NCBI GenBank assembly: GCA_049970015.1
Contig: JBMFNT010000007.1
Span: forward strand, 13,313-29,189
Direction of reading: 5' to 3'
Source: Candidatus Micrarchaeia archaeon
Lineage (GTDB): Archaea; Micrarchaeota; Micrarchaeia; CAILAH01
DNA: 15,877 nucleotides
Positions 8,489 to 15,877 of this stretch are shown here, in pieces. Each line of letters opens with the position of its first letter. The first letter of the stretch is position 1. The translations under genes were made by a program, and so were the position numbers. Under the pieces are notes generated by a model. The model was not told the DNA's origin, did no database searches, and worked only from the letters and a program-made list of their open reading frames with translations.

Positions 8489-8506
8489 ACAGGGAGGGGC
8501 TTTTGC

Positions 8507-9082
8507 GTGAACATAGATACGGTTGCAGAGTCTGTACTGATAGAGGCAAAGAAAGAGGCAGAAAGCATTGTGAACAATGCAAAGAAAGAGGCAGAAATGA
8601 GGATTGAGTTGGAGAAGGAAAGACTAAAGGAAAATGAGAGAAAAGCATTGGAGGAGTATAAGAAAAGTGTGAAGAAGGTTTTTGATGAAAAACTAACAGC
8701 TGCACACCTCGAGTCAAGGAAAGAAATACAGAAAGCAAAGGATGAAATCGTGAGCGAAGTGATAGAAAGAGTGATTTCAGAAATGAATAAACTAAGAAAA
8801 AACAAAAAAGAGTATCTAGAGATTCTAAAAAAGCTATATGTAAATGCAAGGAATGCACTAGGTGAAGGTGACTTGATGGTTGAGTGTTCAAGGCAGGATA
8901 TTGCACTAGTTAGGGAGTTTGTCAATAAAGGGAGTAAAGTAACTGGCAATGACCAGATAAACTGTGGTATAATAGTTAAGAGCAGTGATGGCAGGGTAAT
9001 TGTAGATATGACTTTTGAGGCGCTTGTACACAATAGAGAGAGTGAGCTTAGGACATTTATATACAAGAAGCTTTTCAAGTGA
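8507..9082 (+). CDS. atpE: A-type ATP synthase subunit E
   Basis: GTG start after GGAGGGG; N-terminal coiled coil EAKKEAE; C-terminal GIIVKSSDGRVIVDMTFE. Confidence 0.9.
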   Translation: MNIDTVAESVLIEAKKEAESIVNNAKKEAEMRIELEKERLKENERKALEEYKKSVKKVFDEKLTAAHLESRKEIQKAKDEIVSEVIERVISEMNKLRKNKKEYLEILKKLYVNARNALGEGDLMVECSRQDIALVREFVNKGSKVTGNDQINCGIIVKSSDGRVIVDMTFEALVHNRESELRTFIYKKLFK

Positions 9083-9092
9083 AGGTGAGAAA

Positions 9093-10064
9093 TTGCAGGT
9101 AAGTGTTTACGAGCGTGCAAAAGAGTATGGGTACATAAACGCGAGGCTGCGGGCGGCACGGCCATTGTTCCTTAGCAAGGAAACGCTGAATACATTGTGT
9201 GAGGTTGAAACTGTGGAAGGGATGGTTGAGGTACTTGCAGGCACTGTATATGGCCCGTATATTGAAAGGTTTAGTGCTGAACACAGCGGGTTTATGCTCG
9301 TAAGTAAATCTGTCATGCACAGGTTCAGTGAAAAGATAGAGCAGATAAGCAGGATGGTGCAGGATGAGCAAAAGAGGAAATTATTGTATGCTGCAACTGG
9401 AAGGATCGAAGTATATAACTTGAAGGTTTTATTTCTTGAGGTTATGGGAAAGTTGAGAGATGGAGATTATGTAGAGGGGGGAACATTCAGTGGGAAACGG
9501 CTTGAGCTGTTACGTAATGTGAAAGATGTTGAGCTATTGAAAAGAATAGTTGCAAACTATGGGTATATGATAGATAAAGGGTCAGTAGAATATTCAGAGA
9601 TTGCTGAAGATATTGAGAAAAGCTATTACGCCATGCTTGAGCAGCTAAAGAAAATGTGCTTTGATGAGAGTGAGGTTAGGGGTTACATAGAAAGTATAAT
9701 TGACTACAAAAATTTCGATCTTGTGATAAGGAAGGGGAAGGATGCAAGGTTATTACCTGGGGGAAAGATTGACCATAAGGAGATATTGAGAGCACTAAGA
9801 AATGGGCAGGAAGGGCTGTTGAAGCTGTTCGGGCTAGAGGAGCTGTATGAACAATGCAATGGGAGCCTATCATGGCTTGAGGAGATGTATGATAGGGAAA
9901 TACTGAAAAATGCAATACGTGAGGGTAGCATTAAGCCTTTCTCAATGATAGGGGTCATAGGGTTCATAAGAAGGCTTGATGTGGAGAGGAGAAACATACG
10001 TAGCATCGCAGTTGCAAAAGGGGTACTCACAAGCGAGGAGATCAAGAAAAGAATCATATGGTGA
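9093..10064 (+). CDS. atpC: A-type ATP synthase subunit C
   Basis: YGYINARLRA N-terminal and ERRNIRSIA C-terminal motifs; TTG9093 follows a GGTGA RBS and avoids overlap with E. Confidence 0.9.
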   Translation: MQVSVYERAKEYGYINARLRAARPLFLSKETLNTLCEVETVEGMVEVLAGTVYGPYIERFSAEHSGFMLVSKSVMHRFSEKIEQISRMVQDEQKRKLLYAATGRIEVYNLKVLFLEVMGKLRDGDYVEGGTFSGKRLELLRNVKDVELLKRIVANYGYMIDKGSVEYSEIAEDIEKSYYAMLEQLKKMCFDESEVRGYIESIIDYKNFDLVIRKGKDARLLPGGKIDHKEILRALRNGQEGLLKLFGLEELYEQCNGSLSWLEEMYDREILKNAIREGSIKPFSMIGVIGFIRRLDVERRNIRSIAVAKGVLTSEEIKKRIIW

Positions 10065-10070
10065 GATATC

Positions 10071-10382
10071 ATGAAGATTGTGGCTGTTGGCTCAAAGGAG
10101 ATGTGCCTTGGTATGAAACTTTCTGGTATAAAAGAAGTATATTATAGGGAAGAGATAAAAAACATGGATGAGCTGATCGAAAGGCTCATGGGCAGGGAGG
10201 AGGTTGGGATTATCATATTAGATGATGGCGCTTACCTAAGCCTTAGCTGGATGCTCAGGAGGCGGCTTGATACTATTGCAAAACCGAGTATAATAACCGT
10301 GCCAAACTATGGCAGCAAGGCTGTTGAAAGCGAAAGCCTGAGTATGCTTGTAAAACGCGCTTTAGGATTTGAACTAAGGTGA
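10071..10382 (+). CDS. atpF: A-type ATP synthase subunit F
   Basis: [37 protein letters not shown]. Confidence 0.93.
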   Translation: MKIVAVGSKEMCLGMKLSGIKEVYYREEIKNMDELIERLMGREEVGIIILDDGAYLSLSWMLRRRLDTIAKPSIITVPNYGSKAVESESLSMLVKRALGFELR

Positions 10383-10387
10383 ATTGT

Positions 10388-12154
10388 ATGGGAGTTATAA
10401 AAAGGATTTCTGGACCGGTCGTGACTGCTTCCGGAATGAGCGGTACGAAGATGTATGATGTGGTAAAGGTGGGTGAGATTGGGCTTATCGGTGAAGTAAT
10501 CCGGCTCAATGGTGATGAGGCAATAGTGCAGGTTTATGAGGATACTTCAGGTATACGGCCTGGAGAACCAGTGGAAAACACTGGCAAGGCTCTTATGGTA
10601 GAGTTGGGGCCTGGGCTGCTAACCTCTATAATGGATGGGGTTGCACGACCATTGGATAGTATTGAGAAGAAAAGCGGTGCTTTTATAGGTAGAGGGATAT
10701 CAGTCAATACATTGGACAGGAATAAGAAATGGGAATTTAAAGCAACGGTGAAGAATGGTGATTATGTTGAGCCTGGTGACATAATAGGTACGGTAAAAGA
10801 AACTGAAACAATAACCCATAGAATAATGGTTCCATATGGAATAAAGGGAAAGATCGTTTCAATAAAAAGCGGGAAGTTCTCTGTTGATGATGTTGTTGCT
10901 ACCGTAAAGGATGGGAGCAGGGCACATGAGATTATGCTAATGCAAAAATGGGAGGTAAGGAAAAGAAGACCGTACAAAGAGAAACTACCCCCAAACATAA
11001 TTCTATCAACTGGCCAGAGGGTTATTGACACTTTCTTCCCCATTGCGAAAGGGGGCACTGCATGCATTCCAGGTCCGTTCGGAAGTGGTAAGACTGTGAC
11101 ACAACAAGCACTTGCAAAATGGAGTGATGCACAGATCGTGGTATACATCGGGTGCGGTGAGAGAGGTAACGAGATGACTGAGGTACTTGCAGAATTCCCA
11201 CATCTTGAGGACCCAAGAACAAAAAGGCCTTTGATGGAGAGAACAGTACTGATCGCAAACACATCTAATATGCCCGTTGCAGCACGTGAGGCAAGCATAT
11301 ACACTGGAGTTACAATCGCTGAGTATTACAGGGATATGGGGTATGATGTATCACTTATGGCAGACTCTACATCTAGATGGGCGGAAGCAATGCGTGAGAT
11401 TGGTGGAAGACTCGAGGAAATGCCTGGGGAAGAGGGATACCCTGCATATTTAGGCAGAAGGCTTGCAGAGTTCTATGAGAGGGCCGGAAGAGTAGTGTGC
11501 CTCGGCAAGGATAACCGGCAAGGGTCTATCACAATGATAGGTGCAGTCTCACCTCCGGGCGGTGACATTTCAGAACCCGTATCACAGAACACGCTACGTG
11601 TGACTAAAGTATTCCTAGCGCTTGATGCACCTCTTGCATACAGGAGACATTTCCCTGCAATTCACTGGCTAAAAAGTTATTCCCTTTATTTAGATTCGCT
11701 GAAGGAATGGTTTTCTGAAAATGTGCAAAGAGATTTCATCGATAACAGGAATGAAGCAATGCGATTGCTGCAGAAAGAGGCAGAGTTGCAGGAGATTGTA
11801 CAGCTCGTCGGACCGGATGCATTGCCTGAGACTGAACAAGCTGTGTTGGGCACTGCAAAAATGATTCGTGAAGATTTTCTACAACAGAGCGCTTATGTGG
11901 ATTATGATATGTATACCCCGATAGAAAAGCAATACTACATGTTAAAGGCAATACTTTATTTACACAGCAAGATTACCGAAACAATAACCCTTGGTGTTCC
12001 GTACAAAGATATAGTGAAGAAACAGGAAGTTTTTGAGAAGATTGCAAGAATGAAGGAAATCCCTCCAGGAAAGGAGATGAAGGAAAGGTTTGATAAACTA
12101 CATAAAGAAATTGATGATGTGTTTGGAAGGCTAAAACAGGAGGTTGTAAGATAG
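10388..12154 (+). CDS. atpA: A-type ATP synthase subunit A (catalytic), no intein
   Basis: P-loop [43 protein letters not shown]10388 after GGTGA. Confidence 0.99.
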   Translation: MGVIKRISGPVVTASGMSGTKMYDVVKVGEIGLIGEVIRLNGDEAIVQVYEDTSGIRPGEPVENTGKALMVELGPGLLTSIMDGVARPLDSIEKKSGAFIGRGISVNTLDRNKKWEFKATVKNGDYVEPGDIIGTVKETETITHRIMVPYGIKGKIVSIKSGKFSVDDVVATVKDGSRAHEIMLMQKWEVRKRRPYKEKLPPNIILSTGQRVIDTFFPIAKGGTACIPGPFGSGKTVTQQALAKWSDAQIVVYIGCGERGNEMTEVLAEFPHLEDPRTKRPLMERTVLIANTSNMPVAAREASIYTGVTIAEYYRDMGYDVSLMADSTSRWAEAMREIGGRLEEMPGEEGYPAYLGRRLAEFYERAGRVVCLGKDNRQGSITMIGAVSPPGGDISEPVSQNTLRVTKVFLALDAPLAYRRHFPAIHWLKSYSLYLDSLKEWFSENVQRDFIDNRNEAMRLLQKEAELQEIVQLVGPDALPETEQAVLGTAKMIREDFLQQSAYVDYDMYTPIEKQYYMLKAILYLHSKITETITLGVPYKDIVKKQEVFEKIARMKEIPPGKEMKERFDKLHKEIDDVFGRLKQEVVR

Positions 12155-12164
12155 GGTGTTATGT

Positions 12165-13550
12165 ATGGGAAGCTGGGTTGTAAAAGAATATCAAACTGTT
12201 GAACAGGTTGCCGGGCCACTCATTTTTGTGAGGGGTGTTGAGAACTCTGCTTACGGAGAACTTGTTGAAATAATACTCCCAAACGGGGAGAAAGTAAAAG
12301 GCCAGGTGCTTGACACTTCAAAAGACCTTGCTGTTGTCCAAGTATTTGGTGCAACTGTGGGTATAGATGTGCCGACTACAAGGGTTAGGTTCTCCGGTGA
12401 GACTTTAAGGCTGGGTGTGAGCGATGAAATGCTGGGAAGGGTGTTTAATGGCCTTGGTGAGCCGCGGGACAATGGGCCAGCAGTAATACCTGAGGACCGG
12501 CTTGATATCACTGGTGCTGCAATAAACCCATATTCTAGAGCACAACCTAACGAGTTTATACAAACAGGCATATCAGTCATAGATGGAATGAACACATTGG
12601 TGAGGGGGCAAAAGCTACCGATATTTTCGGGATCTGGGCTGCCCCACAACGAGCTTGCAGTGCAGATTGCACGGCAGGCCACTGTAAGCGGTGAGGAGAG
12701 TTCATTTGCGGTGGTGTTTGCTGCGATGGGTATTACATATGAAGAGGCACATTTCTTCATGAAAAGCTTTGAAAAAAGCGGTGCGCTTGACCGGACCGTA
12801 ATGTTCCTTAACCTTGCGGATGATCCATCTGTGGAGAGGCTTATTACCCCTAGAATGGCATTGACCACTGCAGAATTCCTTGCCTTTGAAAAAGATATGC
12901 ACGTATTAGTAATACTTACAGATATGACAAACTATGCCGAGGCATTGCGTGAGATTGCAAGCGCAAGGAATGAGGTGCCTGGAAGGAGGGGTTATCCAGG
13001 GTACATGTACACTGACCTGTCCACAATCTATGAGCGTGCGGGAAGAATAAAAGGAAAGAAAGGTAGTGTTACGCAATTCCCAATACTTTCCATGCCTGGA
13101 GATGATAAGACTCACCCCATACCTGACCTTACGGGATACATTACTGAAGGGCAGCTCATACTTGACAGAGGATTGCACAGAAAAAATATATACCCGCCGT
13201 TTGATGTGCTCCAGAGCCTTTCAAGGCTTATGAACCTCGGGATAGGTAAAGGGAAGACTAGGGAGGACCATAGAGGGGTGGCCGACCAGTTGTATGCAGC
13301 ATACGCTGAGGGAAAGGACCTGAGGGCACTGAGCGCAGTGGTTGGAGAAGAGGCACTGAGTGAAAGGGATAAGAAATACTTGAAATTTGCAGATGAATTT
13401 GAAAAACGGTTTATACAGCAAGGGTTTGATGAAAATAGGGATATTGAAAAAACACTGGAGATTGCATGGGACTTGTTCAGCATAGTACCTGAAACAGAAT
13501 TGAAAAGAGTGAAGAGAGAGTTTATTGAAAAGTACCTTGGAAAAAAGTAA
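12165..13550 (+). CDS. atpB: A-type ATP synthase subunit B
   Basis: [50 protein letters not shown]; start ATG12165 or GTG12156. Confidence 0.99.
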   Translation: MGSWVVKEYQTVEQVAGPLIFVRGVENSAYGELVEIILPNGEKVKGQVLDTSKDLAVVQVFGATVGIDVPTTRVRFSGETLRLGVSDEMLGRVFNGLGEPRDNGPAVIPEDRLDITGAAINPYSRAQPNEFIQTGISVIDGMNTLVRGQKLPIFSGSGLPHNELAVQIARQATVSGEESSFAVVFAAMGITYEEAHFFMKSFEKSGALDRTVMFLNLADDPSVERLITPRMALTTAEFLAFEKDMHVLVILTDMTNYAEALREIASARNEVPGRRGYPGYMYTDLSTIYERAGRIKGKKGSVTQFPILSMPGDDKTHPIPDLTGYITEGQLILDRGLHRKNIYPPFDVLQSLSRLMNLGIGKGKTREDHRGVADQLYAAYAEGKDLRALSAVVGEEALSERDKKYLKFADEFEKRFIQQGFDENRDIEKTLEIAWDLFSIVPETELKRVKREFIEKYLGKK

Positions 13551-13583
13551 TGTTTTTATTCCATCTCCCTTCCAAAATAGCTA

Positions 13584-14429
13584 ATGGTAAATAGTAGTCC
13601 TATGCTAAAAACAGCAAAGATTTTCTCCAGCACAATAAAAGGAAAGTTCCATATCAGGAATGAGGATGCATACTATGTATCTCCTTTATTGGAAGGGCCG
13701 TACGGGATTGTGCGTATATTTGCTGTGTTTGATGGTGTATCAGAATCTGCATATGGGAGATATGCAAGCAACGCTGCAAAGTCCGCACTAAGCTCAAAGA
13801 GTGAAGACTGCATTAAAAATGCTGTGTTGGAACTGATCAATCGTAAAAGCACTAGATTGTTGCACCAAATAAATAACAGTGTAGTGAGCACAAACTACGA
13901 GACAACAATGGCGCTTGCAATACTGCACGAATATAATAATGAACTATTCTTGCACACATTCAATGCAGGAGATTCTCCTATCTTCGTGATAAAAAATAAT
14001 GTGTTATTACCAGTATATGCGGATGATAGTGAATGTATGCACTATGAAAGAATAGGGCGTTATACAAAAGAATACACCAATTATATCAAGTTAAATGGGT
14101 TAAGACTGCTGTCTATAAACCCAGCTGTAGAGCTTGATATGATGCGGATTTTTTCAAGATGGAAAAATAAGAATAACTTAATTGTTAACTGCCTGCCATT
14201 GAGGAATAGATACTTATTTCACCACACAACCCAAATAAGCAAAAATGATTTTATTATTATTGGAAGCGATGGGTTTATTCCATGGATGTTGATATTCGAT
14301 TTCGAGATGTGGCTTAAGAATATGTGTAGAGAGATTGTTGACCATGGGCAAGAAAGAATGAAAAGGATAGTCAAGGCAACAAGTGAAATATCTTGGGATG
14401 ATTCAACTGGTATTTTGGTTTATATTTAA
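13584..14429 (+). CDS. PP2C/PPM-family protein phosphatase-like protein
   Basis: PPM motifs in order: RNEDA, FAVFDGVS, TT, NAGDS, GSDGF, DDSTGI; start may be ATG13602. Confidence 0.85.
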   Translation: MVNSSPMLKTAKIFSSTIKGKFHIRNEDAYYVSPLLEGPYGIVRIFAVFDGVSESAYGRYASNAAKSALSSKSEDCIKNAVLELINRKSTRLLHQINNSVVSTNYETTMALAILHEYNNELFLHTFNAGDSPIFVIKNNVLLPVYADDSECMHYERIGRYTKEYTNYIKLNGLRLLSINPAVELDMMRIFSRWKNKNNLIVNCLPLRNRYLFHHTTQISKNDFIIIGSDGFIPWMLIFDFEMWLKNMCREIVDHGQERMKRIVKATSEISWDDSTGILVYI

Positions 14430-14506
14430 GATGGGTCTGAAACTGTGTGACAGAATGATTGATAAACAGGAAACTAATGGTCGCCTGCTTGCAGATAGTT
14501 CCAAAC

Positions 14507-14514
14507 TTTATAAA
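14507..14514 (+). promoter_or_regulatory. TATA box for rnz (probably leaderless)
   Basis: AAAC-TTTATAAA about 24 nt before GTG14538. Confidence 0.55.
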
Positions 14515-14537
14515 TAATACTATTTCAGAATAAGATT

Positions 14538-15422
14538 GTGTACAGACTAGTGGTATTGGGTAGTGGTGGTGCCATACCATCCCCAGATAGGAATGTAAGT
14601 TGTGTGGGAATAAGGATAGATGGGAGGGTTTACATATTCGATGCGTGTGAAGGAATGCAAAGGCAAATGATGAGGTATGGGCTTAGTTATTCAAAGGTCC
14701 GTACAATATTCCTGTCCCATCTCCATCCAGACCATTACCTTGGCATACCCGGGCTTGTGTACACACTACAGCTGAGCGATTTTGATGGGACATTAGATAT
14801 AATCGGCCCAAAAGGCACGCGAAGTATTGTTGAATCACTACTCATAGGTGATGTACCAGAGTTTGTGCATGTTAGGGAATTTAGTGATGAGTGTGTTGTT
14901 TATGATGAAGGTAATTTTACTGTACGCTCGTTCAGGGTGAAACACTCAGGGAACTCTTATGGATTTGTACTTGAGCAAAAGCCAACATTAAAATTTTATA
15001 AGGAAAGGGCAAATGCATTAGGAATCAGCGGTAGGATGTTTAGAGAGATTGAGAAGAATGGGAAGGTTGAGGTTGGAGGGAAGATAGTAAAGCTTGAGGA
15101 GGTAAGCTGGATAAAGAAAGGGGTGAAAATCATCTACACCGGAGATACTGTTTATGATGAGAATGTAGCAAGAAATTCAGAGGATGCTGACCTGCTCATA
15201 CATGATGCTACATTTCTTGAGAGCGAGAGAAAAGATGCTGATGAAAAGATGCATGCCACTGCAAAAGATGCGGCTACAATTGCACACATTGCCAGATGTA
15301 AGAGGCTGCTGCTTACACATATAAGCAACAGGTATAGGGATGACAAAGGACATTATGAGGAAGCAAATGTTATTTTCCCAGAGGTCATAGTTGCAAAGGA
15401 TGGGATGGAAATACTAATTTAA
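14538..15422 (+). CDS. rnz: Ribonuclease Z (tRNA 3'-processing)
   Basis: LGSGGAIPSPDRN, DACEG, HLHPDH metallo-beta-lactamase motif, flexible arm, YTGDT, HDATF, H.TA, LTHISNRY. Confidence 0.96.
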   Translation: MYRLVVLGSGGAIPSPDRNVSCVGIRIDGRVYIFDACEGMQRQMMRYGLSYSKVRTIFLSHLHPDHYLGIPGLVYTLQLSDFDGTLDIIGPKGTRSIVESLLIGDVPEFVHVREFSDECVVYDEGNFTVRSFRVKHSGNSYGFVLEQKPTLKFYKERANALGISGRMFREIEKNGKVEVGGKIVKLEEVSWIKKGVKIIYTGDTVYDENVARNSEDADLLIHDATFLESERKDADEKMHATAKDAATIAHIARCKRLLLTHISNRYRDDKGHYEEANVIFPEVIVAKDGMEILI

Positions 15423-15458
15423 GTTTAAACAGGATAAATCCTAATACATATATCAACA

Positions 15459-15565
15459 GGGGCTGTGGGCTAGCCTGGCTATGCTATCGCCTTGGGGTGG
15501 CGGTGACCCCAGTTCAAAGCACATTCTTTTTTACATTGAGAATGGTGAAAATCTGGGCAGCCCCA
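15459..15565 (+). tRNA. tRNA-Pro(GGG) with a 33-nt intron at 59/60 (15519-15551)
   Basis: Acceptor GGGGCTG/CAGCCCC+A, anticodon arm TCGCC-TTGGGGT-GGCGG (GGG at 15494-15496), T stem CCCAG/CTGGG, BHB TTCA-AA|G...TGAA-AA|T; TTTAAA box at 15424-15429. Confidence 0.95.
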
Positions 15566-15609
15566 TCTAATCTATTACAAGTAAAATGTATAGTCTCTGC
15601 AGAACTACA

Positions 15610-15863
15610 TCTTTGGTGCAGCTTTCTTAGGCACATGCGTTCGGCTAGGCCGAACGATGCATTCATCGTGGCCATGAGCGAAACGAATGGCCGCGAGTTA
15701 TCACCGCTTACCTGCTGGTGATCTGATTTTCGCACAGCGAAAATGCATGTCCCAAAGAAAGGTGCCTAGCTGCTTCTTTGGTGCAGCTTTCTTAGGCATC
15801 CCAAAGAAAGGTGCCTAGCTGCTTCTTTGGTGCAGCTTTCTTAGGCATCCCAAAGAAAGGTGC
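15610..15863. repeat. Three copies of a 40-nt module (49-bp period), the first interrupted by a 116-nt insert
   Basis: tctttggtgcagctttcttaggcatcccaaagaaaggtgc at 15775-15814 and 15824-15863, and split at 15610-15633/15750-15765; identical linker ctagctgct. Confidence 0.95.
15634..15749. other. Multi-hairpin insert with 5-bp terminal inverted repeats (MITE/REP-like element or structured RNA domain)
   Basis: CATGC...GCATG ends enclosing four stem-loops. Confidence 0.55.
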
Positions 15864-15877
15864 GGGGGACACTTCCC

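Noticed and set aside
10388..12154. Intein in ATPase subunit A
   Set aside because: [11 protein letters not shown] is continuous and the length is normal
6054..13483. Many antisense and alternate-frame ORFs across the ATPase operon (likewise within leuS)
   Set aside because: Shadows of conserved sense genes
15491..15498. Reading tRNA-Pro as anticodon TGG
   Set aside because: The TCGCC/GGCGG stem fixes the 7-nt loop TTGGGGT, which centres GGG
15497..15735. Short ORFs 15497-15721 (+) and 15514-15735 (-)
   Set aside because: They overlap tRNA-Pro and the repeats, and show no protein motifs
15610..15863. CRISPR array
   Set aside because: Linkers are identical and only 9 nt; no unique spacers of regular length

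Overview
Archaeal genomic DNA, probably from a DPANN/Micrarchaeota-like lineage (inferred from the archaeal LeuRS, A-type ATPase and C1-G72 tRNA-Tyr, plus T-loop introns of the kind known from ARMAN archaea). Gene order: leuS (its 5' end duplicated at the window start), a shortened AAA/DUF4143-type ATPase remnant, two ORFans, tRNA-Tyr(GTA) on the minus strand, an alpha/beta hydrolase, a TPR-like ORFan, an A1Ao ATP synthase operon H-I-K-E-C-F-A-B (no subunit D), a PP2C/PPM-like phosphatase, RNase Z, tRNA-Pro(GGG) and a structured repeat region. The most unusual signals are non-coding. tRNA-Tyr has two introns, and its 203-nt T-loop (59/60) intron is almost entirely an 84-bp tandem structured repeat. 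tRNA-Pro has an intron at the same 59/60 position. Downstream of tRNA-Pro lie three copies of a 40-nt pseudoknot-like module, the first interrupted by a 116-nt four-hairpin insert with terminal inverted repeats.
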